A stretch of DNA of 55,234 nt from Eubacteriales bacterium (GTDB taxonomy: Bacteria > Bacillota > Clostridia > Oscillospirales > CAG-272): positions 1 through 55,234 of the forward strand of contig JAZUSJ010000140.1 of the NCBI GenBank assembly GCA_045606685.1, given 5' to 3'. How positions within the stretch are numbered: position 1 is the stretch's first letter; each line of letters opens with the position of its first letter. The translations under genes and the position numbers were made by a program. Shown here piece after piece: positions 19,406-26,941 of the stretch. A model generated the notes under the pieces. It had not been told where the DNA came from and ran no database searches. It was given only the letters and a program-made list of their open reading frames with translations.

Positions 19406-20127
19406 AAGCGTTGGCGTATAAGACCGTTTCGGTCTGTCTGCAAAACGGGGCAAGCGACCCCAAAAGCCGTATCGACGCGGGCGACCTGTGCGAGATCAGC
19501 GGGAAGACGATGGCGGGGCTTTACCCCGTCCTCTATCCTACCTCCCGCGGCCCAAAAACGCGCTGGGTCAGGAATCTGAAAGGCTTTCTTGTCAACCAGA
19601 ACGATTATGCCAGCATCCCTTATCCTGCGCCGGGTTATGAAAAGGCCACGATCAAATCCTCCGGCTGCGGCGTCTGCTCGGCGGTGATGGCGGTGGGCGC
19701 TATGACGGGGCGAAAGGAATCCGTTCAGCGGATCGCCAACTGCGCCGTGCTGTGGAACGCGAGAGTGAGCGGCGGAACGCTGATGAGCAGACTTTTGACC
19801 CATCTTTTGCCGGAACACGATCTCTTTTATGCCGGGACGAGCAGCGTGGCGGAGCTTGTGAAGCATCTGAAAAGCGGCGGCGTTGCCATCTGCAACACGG
19901 CGGGCAAAGGTATGTTTTCCACCGGCGGGCATTATATCGTGGCGCTGGGGATGCTGGACGGGAAGGTGTGCATTGCTGACCCAGGCCTTTATTACGGCAA
20001 GTATTCCTCGGCAAAAAGACGCGCCAAGGTCACGGTCTCCGGCGATCTGATTTTTGCCGACGCCGCAACGCTGGACGCGGACTGCGTGGGGAGAAGCCCC
20101 AGATATTATCTTATCAGCAAGAGGTAA
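19402..20127 (+). CDS. Endolysin candidate, papain-like cysteine peptidase (C39-like)
   Basis: GTGA overlap with the holin stop; Cys motif SSGCGVCSAVMA and His motif GGHYIVALG. Confidence 0.5.
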   Translation: MKALAYKTVSVCLQNGASDPKSRIDAGDLCEISGKTMAGLYPVLYPTSRGPKTRWVRNLKGFLVNQNDYASIPYPAPGYEKATIKSSGCGVCSAVMAVGAMTGRKESVQRIANCAVLWNARVSGGTLMSRLLTHLLPEHDLFYAGTSSVAELVKHLKSGGVAICNTAGKGMFSTGGHYIVALGMLDGKVCIADPGLYYGKYSSAKRRAKVTVSGDLIFADAATLDADCVGRSPRYYLISKR

Positions 20128-20131
20128 ACGG

Positions 20132-20920
20132 ATGAAAACGATCAGAGCGGAACTGTCGGACAAGCTGCAAAGCATGGAGCTTCACCCTCTGGCGGATTGG
20201 CACATCGGGGACGCTATGAGCGATTGGAAGCTGATCCAGAAGACGATCAAGCACATTCAGGAAACGCCCAACGCCTATTGCATTTTGGGCGGCGACCTGA
20301 TGGACACGGCTGTCGCCGCTTCTATCGGGGACACTTACGCGGCAAATCTCCAGCCCATGCAGCAGTTAGAGGCTTGTGCAAAAATCTTTGAGCCGATCAA
20401 GGACAAGATTCTTTGCATCGTTCACGGCAATCACGAAAACCGGGTTTACAAATCGGACGGCATCGACATGACGGCGATCATGGCGGCGCAGCTCGGGCTT
20501 GCGGACAAGTACAGCCCGACGACCGCGCTCCTTTTCTTGTCATTCGGGAAAAACAAGGATTATGCGCAAAGCACGAATCACGCGAGGAAGATTTGCTATG
20601 CCGTGTATGTGACCCACGGCTCGGGCGGCGGGCGCAAGGAGGGCGGCAAGATCAACCGTCTTGCGGACTATGCCACCATCGTGGACGCGGACGTTTACAT
20701 CTGCGGACACACCCATCTGCCCGCGTCGTTCAAGACGGGCTTCGTGCGGACGAATTACAAGGCGCGGACGACCGAGAACGTGACGAAGCTGTTTGTCAAC
20801 ACCGCCTCCGCGCTGGATTACGGCGGGTACGGCGACGTGCAGGGCTATAAGCCGGGGAGCAAGGACAACCCCGTGATCTATCTCAGCGGGCGGGAACGCA
20901 AAATCAACGCTTTCGTGTGA
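20132..20920 (+). CDS. Calcineurin-like metallophosphoesterase
   Basis: Ordered motifs DWHIGD, GGDLMD, HGNHEN, THGSGG and CGHTHLP. Confidence 0.8.
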   Translation: MKTIRAELSDKLQSMELHPLADWHIGDAMSDWKLIQKTIKHIQETPNAYCILGGDLMDTAVAASIGDTYAANLQPMQQLEACAKIFEPIKDKILCIVHGNHENRVYKSDGIDMTAIMAAQLGLADKYSPTTALLFLSFGKNKDYAQSTNHARKICYAVYVTHGSGGGRKEGGKINRLADYATIVDADVYICGHTHLPASFKTGFVRTNYKARTTENVTKLFVNTASALDYGGYGDVQGYKPGSKDNPVIYLSGRERKINAFV

Positions 20921-20954
20921 AAAACGCGGCAACTGATTTTCTTGAAGGGGAGAA

Positions 20955-21254
20955 GTGATTTTCTTGAATGAAAACGAAGCCATGCAGACGATGGCAGAGG
21001 GGATATGGCAATATCTGAAGCCGAAGATCGAGCGCATGACGGCGCGGAACGTGTCGTATTTCCGCGCAACAGTGACGGCAGCGGCGGCGGACGGGAAGAT
21101 TGCCGTGCGAAAGCCGCGGGAAAACAAGGACATTTTGCTCCCTTATGTGACCTCGGCGGCGGGGCTTGCCGTGGGAGATCAATGCACCGTTTTGGTGTTC
21201 GGCAGCGCAAGCAACGCCTTTATCGTGGGGGACGGGACGCTTTCGGGACTGTAA
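20955..21254 (+). CDS. Hypothetical protein (start ambiguous: GTG 20955 or ATG 20968/20982)
   Basis: Last rightward ORF before the strand switch; C-terminus GLAVGDQCTVLVFGSASNAFIVGDG. Confidence 0.45.
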   Translation: MIFLNENEAMQTMAEGIWQYLKPKIERMTARNVSYFRATVTAAAADGKIAVRKPRENKDILLPYVTSAAGLAVGDQCTVLVFGSASNAFIVGDGTLSGL

Positions 21255-21286
21255 AAAAACTTTGCGAAAGGCTTTATTTTCAACTC

Positions 21287-21455
21287 ATTTTCTTGTAGAA
21301 TAAAAATGTCATGAGATGATTGCCACTCAGCCTCCATGATTACTTTTTTCGGAGAAACGCCCTGTGCGAAAGCGCGGGGCGTTTCTCTGTCTGCGAATGA
21401 TGGGGAAAAGAAAAAGCCCCCTGGATGGGGGCGATGGATTTTCTTGTAGAATAAA
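21287..21455. repeat. 18-bp perfect direct repeat ATTTTCTTGTAGAATAAA (21287-21304 and 21438-21455) bracketing a hairpin/terminator segment
   Basis: Exact match read from the sequence; 151-bp period. Confidence 0.9.
21402..21432 (-). terminator. Rho-independent terminator of the leftward operon
   Basis: On the - strand: GCCCCC-ATCCA-GGGGGC followed by TTTTTCTTTTCC, 26 nt after the HTH gene stop. Confidence 0.75.
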
Positions 21456-21457
21456 GG

Positions 21458-22012
21458 TCAAGAGTCGGACAGAATCGACATGACGTCGAGCATGGCGGCG
21501 CGGCTCGGGCTTATGGGCTGCACTTCTTCTGCGATTTTTATGGCTTCTCGCATAAAATTGAAAATCGACAAACCGTTTTTTTCATCCATGCAAGCATTCA
21601 GCGCGCGCATGGCCCTTTCAAAGTTTCTTGAAATCAGCAGCGCTTCACAAGCCTGTTTGTATTGCTGCTTGTGCAGAACGACCACAGCCGATTCCGACAG
21701 TCCGGTATATGCCATCACCGCGTTTTTGTCCCCGTTCAAGTTTTGCAGATTGTTCATCCCGATCAGATAGTCAGCAGATACATCAAGCACGGCTGCAATC
21801 CGCGCAAGGTTTTCCGTATTTGGCTTGTTTACTCCGTTCGTATAACCGGCGATCGTCTGGCGCTGAATCTTTCCATATCGTTCTGTGATTTTGTTTGCAA
21901 GTGAAACCTGTGTTTCTCCGCGCCGCTTCATCAGTTCCCGCAAGCGAACGGCAAAAATGTTGGGTTTCGTTTCAAAAGGCATATTTTTTTCAAAAGGAAT
22001 GTTTTCTTTCAT
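21458..22012 (-). CDS. XRE-family helix-turn-helix regulator with C-terminal domain
   Basis: GGAGGAAATT-ATG. HTH segment FAVRLRELMKRRGETQVSLANKITERYGKIQRQTIAGYTNGVNKPNTENLARIAAVLDVSADYLIG. Confidence 0.8.
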   Translation of the reverse strand: MKENIPFEKNMPFETKPNIFAVRLRELMKRRGETQVSLANKITERYGKIQRQTIAGYTNGVNKPNTENLARIAAVLDVSADYLIGMNNLQNLNGDKNAVMAYTGLSESAVVVLHKQQYKQACEALLISRNFERAMRALNACMDEKNGLSIFNFMREAIKIAEEVQPISPSRAAMLDVMSILSDS

Positions 22013-22055
22013 AATTTCCTCCAACTGCAAAAGGCAGAATTGATTTTCTTGATAT

Positions 22056-22097
22056 GCCCGTGTTTTGCGCCGGAATCGCGCAGGACGGGCTTTTTTC
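22056..22097 (+). terminator. Rightward-reading (antisense to the operon) stem-loop plus T-tract
   Basis: GCCCGT...TGCGC-cggaatc-GCGCA...ACGGGC followed by TTTTTTC on the + strand; there is no U-tract in the - sense. Confidence 0.55.
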
Positions 22098-22178
22098 TTG
22101 TATGACCGTTTTCACGGCGCGGACGCAAATCGGCAAGCCTGAACGGGAAACGGCGGAAAAATCGGCATTGCTGACGGA

Positions 22179-23216
22179 TCAGCACATGGACGAAACGATT
22201 TTTTTGATGCTTTCGTTCGCGGCGGCGGCGGCGGCAAATACGGCGCGGGTATCCTCCATCTGCTTCCTTGCCGTGAGCCGGTCGGAATAGATTTGCGTGG
22301 TGGACGGGTTGGAATGGCCCAGCTCGCCCTGAAGCAGCTCCAGCGAGACGCCGGATCGAAGCTGGAGGCGGGCAAACACGTGCCGCAGATCGTGGGTGCG
22401 GACATTCTTTACGCCTGTGACGTCGTAAACATGGCGCTCCACAAGCGCGGAAAGCCACTGACTTGTGCCGCGGTGAAACGGGACAACTGATTTTCTTGAT
22501 GTTTCGGGATCGGCCTTGTTGATGGATTGCCACCCCTTCGGACAGGTGGTGCCGAAAAGGGGCAGATCGTCCGACGCGTCCAGAGGCCGGATGCCGGAGC
22601 GCAGGTAGGCGGTGAGCGCGGAAACGGCGATCTCGGGCAGATCGACGGTGCGGAACTTTCCGCCCTTGCCGCTCTCTACTGTGAGCAGCCGGTTATGGAA
22701 ATCAACGTGGGCCAGATCAAGGTCAAGCAGCTCGGAATTGCGGATGCCCGTGGATAAAAGCAGGATGATGATGGCATAATTCCGCAGGCGGTTTGTGCCG
22801 CGGGCGCGGTCGTCGTCCGGGAAGGCGAACAGCTTCGCGGCCTGCTCGTTGGTCAGAATCTCGTCATAAGGGCGTTTCTTGATTTTCGGGTAGAGCTTTT
22901 TGCTGACGATGTTTCTTGAATAAAAGCGCATTTCGCCCAGGGTGCGGTCGGTGATGGTGGAATAAAAGCACTCCAGATTGACAAGATATTGCCGGACGGT
23001 GGCGGGGGAAGTCCCTTTCTTGATAAGCTCGTCCCGCCAGGCGATCACGTCTTTGATAGTGGGATCGGCGGCGGCGCCGGTGGTCTGCTGCCAAAAATCG
23101 CAGAAGCGCCGGATGGTGGATTCATAATTTCTTGCCGTGTGGGGGGAAACCTCCGTTGCGCTGAGGTTGTTCAGATAAAAGGCTTTTGCCGCCGCATATT
23201 TATCCAGTGGGGTCAT
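22179..23216 (-). CDS. Tyrosine recombinase, XerC/XerD-like (second recombinase of the phage)
   Basis: SAM-like N-terminal domain; catalytic motifs GIRNSELLDLDL (Arg), HDLRHVFARL (HxxR) and LGHSNPSTTQIYSD (His, Tyr). Confidence 0.85.
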   Translation of the reverse strand: MTPLDKYAAAKAFYLNNLSATEVSPHTARNYESTIRRFCDFWQQTTGAAADPTIKDVIAWRDELIKKGTSPATVRQYLVNLECFYSTITDRTLGEMRFYSRNIVSKKLYPKIKKRPYDEILTNEQAAKLFAFPDDDRARGTNRLRNYAIIILLLSTGIRNSELLDLDLAHVDFHNRLLTVESGKGGKFRTVDLPEIAVSALTAYLRSGIRPLDASDDLPLFGTTCPKGWQSINKADPETSRKSVVPFHRGTSQWLSALVERHVYDVTGVKNVRTHDLRHVFARLQLRSGVSLELLQGELGHSNPSTTQIYSDRLTARKQMEDTRAVFAAAAAANESIKKIVSSMC

Positions 23217-23275
23217 TTCGCTTGCCTCCTATTGATTTTCTTGATACCTTCGTGAACTCCAGGACGGGGGATGGA

Positions 23276-23776
23276 TCAGGCGTCAAGCGCCTGAAGGTAC
23301 TGATTCGCGGCGTCGGTAAGACGATCCACGATGGCCATAAAGTCAGCGTCTTCCGGGGATTCCTTGCTGTAATAGTCGCCGATGTCGTAATTGCCGGGCG
23401 CGCCGAAGTATTCCGCCTCGTCTTTGATCGTGTAAGCAAAAGTCTTGTCTGCGCCGGCGCTCGTCGGCATGATTTTCCCGTCGTTGGTGATGTGCAGATA
23501 ATAGGTGACGCCGCCCGCTGCCTCGTCATACTCGGCGCTGCAATTCTCGCAAAGGGCGCTGAAAACCTCGTCACTCATAAGCTTCTTTTCTTGATGCCAA
23601 TCCATGGCCAGATCGTCGTAAAAATAGAGGGTGCCGTCGATCAGGACGTCCGCGTCGCCGGGATTTTCCGGTGTGATGATCTCGCCGACAAGATTGATCG
23701 CCTCGTCCAGCGTCATGGCGTGATTCGTGATGATCTCGGCAACGGTTTCATTCGTGATAGTGTTGATGATCTTCAT
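23276..23776 (-). CDS. Hypothetical acidic protein (166 aa)
   Basis: TTGGAGGTACAAAAAA-ATG, preceded by a CAAGAAAAT box. Confidence 0.6.
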   Translation of the reverse strand: MKIINTITNETVAEIITNHAMTLDEAINLVGEIITPENPGDADVLIDGTLYFYDDLAMDWHQEKKLMSDEVFSALCENCSAEYDEAAGGVTYYLHITNDGKIMPTSAGADKTFAYTIKDEAEYFGAPGNYDIGDYYSKESPEDADFMAIVDRLTDAANQYLQALDA

Positions 23777-23836
23777 TTTTTTGTACCTCCAACTTATTTT
23801 CTTGTAGTGTATAATTTTATTTTATCATTCTTCGAT

Positions 23837-24016
23837 TTAAGATTCAACGGTTTCTTTTCGCGGCGGGCTGAAGCGAATGAACTCGCAGCCGTGCGGGATC
23901 TTCTTTTTTGCGGCCTCGGCTGATTCGGCCATCACGCAATAGCACATTTCTTGATGCTTTCCGTTTTTCAGCAGCATGATCCAGGGCTTCTCCGTGACGT
24001 TTTTCTTCAGATTCAT
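23837..24016 (-). CDS. Small hypothetical protein (59 aa), not in the ORF track
   Basis: Own translation: MNLKKNVTEKPWIMLLKNGKHQEMCYCVMAESAEAAKKKIPHGCEFIRFSPPRKETVES. AAAGGAGC SD; the ATG overlaps a CAAGAAAAT box. Confidence 0.5.
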   Translation of the reverse strand: MNLKKNVTEKPWIMLLKNGKHQEMCYCVMAESAEAAKKKIPHGCEFIRFSPPRKETVES

Positions 24017-24038
24017 TTTCTTGTATTATGCTCCTTTC

Positions 24039-24383
24039 TCACCATTTCATGTCGATCCCCGGCGCGGGGTTTCCGTCGTACCAGACGCGGCGGAAAATAT
24101 CGGTCAACAGATCGTCGGACTCGTCCTCGGTGCCGTTTTTGTCAAAAAACAGGGTGTAATATGCACCGTCAACCGGAAAGCCGCGGGAAATGATGCTGTA
24201 TTCGTTTCCGTCCTCCGTTTCAAACACAACAAGGTTTCCGGCGGATGATTTTACCCAGCCGCACTCGATGCGGATAAAGTCATTTTGCGGATTGCGGGCC
24301 GTTTTTGCCGGTTTCCCGCAGCCGGAAGCGGTCAGCAGGAGCGCCGCGGCGAAAATGGCCGGAATGATTTTCTTGTTATTCAT
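24039..24383 (-). CDS. Putative secreted lipoprotein (114 aa)
   Basis: Signal peptide MNNKKIIPAIFAAALLLTASGC with a lipobox-like TASGC; GGAGGTGAGCGACGA-ATG. Confidence 0.6.
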   Translation of the reverse strand: MNNKKIIPAIFAAALLLTASGCGKPAKTARNPQNDFIRIECGWVKSSAGNLVVFETEDGNEYSIISRGFPVDGAYYTLFFDKNGTEDESDDLLTDIFRRVWYDGNPAPGIDMKW

Positions 24384-24646
24384 TCGTCGCTCACCTCCGC
24401 AAACTTGCGCAAAAATGGGATCATTTCTTCCGGGATATCACAACAGGCCACGATTGCACCGTCACGCGGGAACAGATCAACAATCGGAATGTTTGTAAAT
24501 CCCTCAAATGCCATGATCCGATTGACCAGGGGCGCGAGCAGCGGATTTTTTCTGCAATCATCATATGCGGATGCGATCAGCACGGGGACGCCGAAATTAT
24601 AACCGGCCTGTCGAAGCTGCCCTAAAGTGATTTTCTTGTTATCCAT
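24380..24646 (-). CDS. Hypothetical protein (88 aa)
   Basis: ATGA overlap with the downstream lipoprotein gene; codons 3-6 are a CAAGAAAAT box. Confidence 0.55.
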   Translation of the reverse strand: MDNKKITLGQLRQAGYNFGVPVLIASAYDDCRKNPLLAPLVNRIMAFEGFTNIPIVDLFPRDGAIVACCDIPEEMIPFLRKFAEVSDE

Positions 24647-24683
24647 GAGATTTTCCCCTCCTGTTTTGATTATAATTCGCCTG

Positions 24684-25073
24684 TCAAGTGGCGATTCGGT
24701 CTGCTATATAATCCCGCCGTAATGCGTCAGCTTCTGCAATAACTGGATTCAATACGTCAAGCGTCAAGCCGTACTTTTCAAAATACTTTTTTAATTGCTG
24801 GCTGCTGGCCTCATAACGTGCGCCGTATTCGTCCCGGATCGCCGTATTTGCAAAATCAAGAAACGCCTCCCAAATAATAGAAGAAGTTTTCCGCCGTTTA
24901 TTCATCAAGGCATTATATAAACGGCTTTTCCCGCCTCCGGCGTTTTCATTTCTCCAGACAATATCAAGTTGCATAAATATTTGTTCATTCAAATATCCTG
25001 CGTTTAATTTGCCGTTCCCAGTGTTCAAGAAATAAGAATCAAGCGCATTAAATGTAATGTTCTGATTTGTCAT
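24684..25073 (-). CDS. Hypothetical protein (129 aa), visibly AT-richer than its neighbours
   Basis: AAGGAGGTTATTGCA-ATG; start chosen inside track ORF 24684..25094. Confidence 0.55.
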   Translation of the reverse strand: MTNQNITFNALDSYFLNTGNGKLNAGYLNEQIFMQLDIVWRNENAGGGKSRLYNALMNKRRKTSSIIWEAFLDFANTAIRDEYGARYEASSQQLKKYFEKYGLTLDVLNPVIAEADALRRDYIADRIAT

Positions 25074-25106
25074 TGCAATAACCTCCTTTTTCAAGTGGCG
25101 ATCCGG

Positions 25107-25388
25107 TCAGCAGATGCAATTTTCTTTGAACTCGGACAGCAGCCCGAAACGGCGCCCGGCCGCGGCGAAAAAGTCTTGAATTGCGAAAATCTCCGCATAT
25201 GATAGGCCGTCGGTATCCATCCCAGAATATTCAATCGCAAGATCCCGCAAGGCGTTTTTCTTTTCTTGATACGTCCGGCCGCTGACTGCGAGCTTCAGAA
25301 CGTTTTCCGCGTCAATCGGTAAATCCTTCATCCGGCGGAAAAGGCCCGCCGTTTTCTTGCCGTGTTCGGTGTAGTTCGCAAGGATCAT
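25107..25388 (-). CDS. Hypothetical protein (93 aa)
   Basis: ATGGAGGTACAAAAA-ATG; start chosen inside track ORF 25107..25469. Confidence 0.55.
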   Translation of the reverse strand: MILANYTEHGKKTAGLFRRMKDLPIDAENVLKLAVSGRTYQEKKNALRDLAIEYSGMDTDGLSYAEIFAIQDFFAAAGRRFGLLSEFKENCIC

Positions 25389-25453
25389 TTTTTGTACCTC
25401 CATATCGTTTTGTTGTTGCGTGGGCCGGTTATTCCCGGCCCGCCGCCTTGTAT

Positions 25454-26143
25454 TTATGCAACTTCCCATTCATACTCGGTGACAGTTTTTTGCCCGCTGA
25501 TCGTCAGCAGCTCCGTTTCTTCTTCCGGGAGACCTTCCCACCCGCAAATCAGCTTTTTGACGTCTTCCGGCCGCCATGCCTCACAATCGGCCACGATAAA
25601 GCCGTAGCAGGTTTCAATCTCTTCTCCGTCTTCATCCAGATCGGCAACGGAATATTCCGTTGCAGCGCCCAACCAGACCTCGCCATACTTTTTCACGCCT
25701 TCCGGGTATGCGTCCTTGCAATAAACCATTTCGCAATAATCGCCTTGCGAATAACCGCGGGCCGATTCAACCGCCCAGGGCTTTTTTGTTGTAATGGTCA
25801 AATATTTAGCAACGTCTTCCGGCTCTGCTACATCCGCATTTTTTGCCCATTCCTTTAGCTTGTGACATTTCGTCGGGCTGTAGTCGATCCTGAGACTTTC
25901 CATAGCTTCTTTGTAACTGGAAAACGCATTCCAGCGGCCGACGTCAGAAAAACAGTCGATCAGATTTTCCGCTTCGCGCTGAATATCTTCATAGATATCC
26001 GCGTTGAAACCGCGTGTTTCCCGCGTCGGTACGATGAAAAGCGTATTGCAAAAATCGCCGCTTTCGGGCTTCAGTCCGTCATCGTCAAAATAATAATTAA
26101 AATCAGCCATTTCCGCGGGGACTTGCTTGATCCTGTACTTCAT
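25454..26143 (-). CDS. Hypothetical acidic protein (229 aa)
   Basis: CAAGAAAAT-AGGAGGTTCAAAAA-ATG; D/E-rich sequence. Confidence 0.6.
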   Translation of the reverse strand: MKYRIKQVPAEMADFNYYFDDDGLKPESGDFCNTLFIVPTRETRGFNADIYEDIQREAENLIDCFSDVGRWNAFSSYKEAMESLRIDYSPTKCHKLKEWAKNADVAEPEDVAKYLTITTKKPWAVESARGYSQGDYCEMVYCKDAYPEGVKKYGEVWLGAATEYSVADLDEDGEEIETCYGFIVADCEAWRPEDVKKLICGWEGLPEEETELLTISGQKTVTEYEWEVA

Positions 26144-26169
26144 TTTTTGAACCTCCTATTTTCTTGATA

Positions 26170-26310
26170 TTACAGATTTTTTAGAAACTTCCCGAGCGGT
26201 TGCACTTGTTCTCCGCTCAGCTTAACCGCGGCCCAGACGCAGACGCCGAAAACCGGATAGCCGATCCCCAGCAGCGCACAAAGGCCGATCATTAAAAATA
26301 ATGCTCCCAT
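26170..26310 (-). CDS. Small membrane protein (46 aa), not in the ORF track
   Basis: Own translation: MGALFLMIGLCALLGIGYPVFGVCVWAAVKLSGEQVQPLGKFLKNL. GGGGGGA SD. Confidence 0.45.
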   Translation of the reverse strand: MGALFLMIGLCALLGIGYPVFGVCVWAAVKLSGEQVQPLGKFLKNL

Positions 26311-26414
26311 GCAATCCCCCCACAAATGATTTTTTTGTTGCAACCTCCCGCCGCTATTGCAGCGGGAACGCTCCCGGCCTAATGCCTGTTTACCCCCGCC
26401 GGGACGGGCTGTTG

Positions 26415-26888
26415 TTATTCCTCGCTTTCCTCGTCTGCCTCTTCCAGCGCGTCAAATAGCGCCGCAAGCTCGCTGTTATCGTCGATCGAATAAATATCGC
26501 TTCTGTTTTCGCTCATGCTTTCGACCGCGTAACGATCCAGAAAAGCGGAATAGTCTTTATGGTCAGCCGAAACAAGATGTCCATAGCCGCTAAACCTGAA
26601 GTATTTGCGGTTAGGGTTGAACGCGCCGCATGCCTTATGTCCGCTGATGTCAGTCGTCCATGTTTCCTCGTCGTATCCATAAAAAGCGCGGAATAAAATC
26701 TCGCTCGGCTTTGCTTCGCTGTCTACCTCGTCAATTCCTTTCATGAAATAATACTTATCGTTTCCAAGATATTCGTTGCAGCCGTCCAATTCTTCAATGC
26801 AGTCGTTGAAAACGTCCTCATTTTTCCGGAAATACTCAATAATTGCGTCGATTGCCGCTTCTCTCGTGGTGTTTTTGGTGGTCTTCAT
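26415..26888 (-). CDS. Hypothetical protein with acidic tail (157 aa)
   Basis: CAAGAAAATAAAT-AGGAGGAAAAGAAAA-ATG. Start chosen inside track ORF 26415..26966. C-terminus LFDALEEADEESEE. Confidence 0.6.
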   Translation of the reverse strand: MKTTKNTTREAAIDAIIEYFRKNEDVFNDCIEELDGCNEYLGNDKYYFMKGIDEVDSEAKPSEILFRAFYGYDEETWTTDISGHKACGAFNPNRKYFRFSGYGHLVSADHKDYSAFLDRYAVESMSENRSDIYSIDDNSELAALFDALEEADEESEE

Positions 26889-26941
26889 TTTTCTTTTCCT
26901 CCTATTTATTTTCTTGTTACCTCGTGACCTCCGGCGCAGTC

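Larger units (their letters stand above)
20936..26916 (-). repeat. Array of 13 exact, co-oriented CAAGAAAAT boxes (read on the - strand)
   Basis: On the + strand, ATTTTCTTG starts at 20936, 20958, 21287, 21438, 22043, 22490, 23235, 23796, 24015, 24367, 24630, 26158 and 26908. Only two other exact copies exist in the window (28621 and 45142, + strand). Confidence 0.9.

Noticed and set aside
20936-26916. Simple explanations for the ATTTTCTTG/CAAGAAAAT box: a terminator U-tract, a -35 element, or a methyltransferase target
   Set aside because: Only 2-3 copies follow a hairpin. A -10-like hexamer at the correct spacing is seen only at 28621. Strict strand specificity and clustering are not expected for a methylation motif. 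None of these accounts for the whole array, so it is reported as unexplained.
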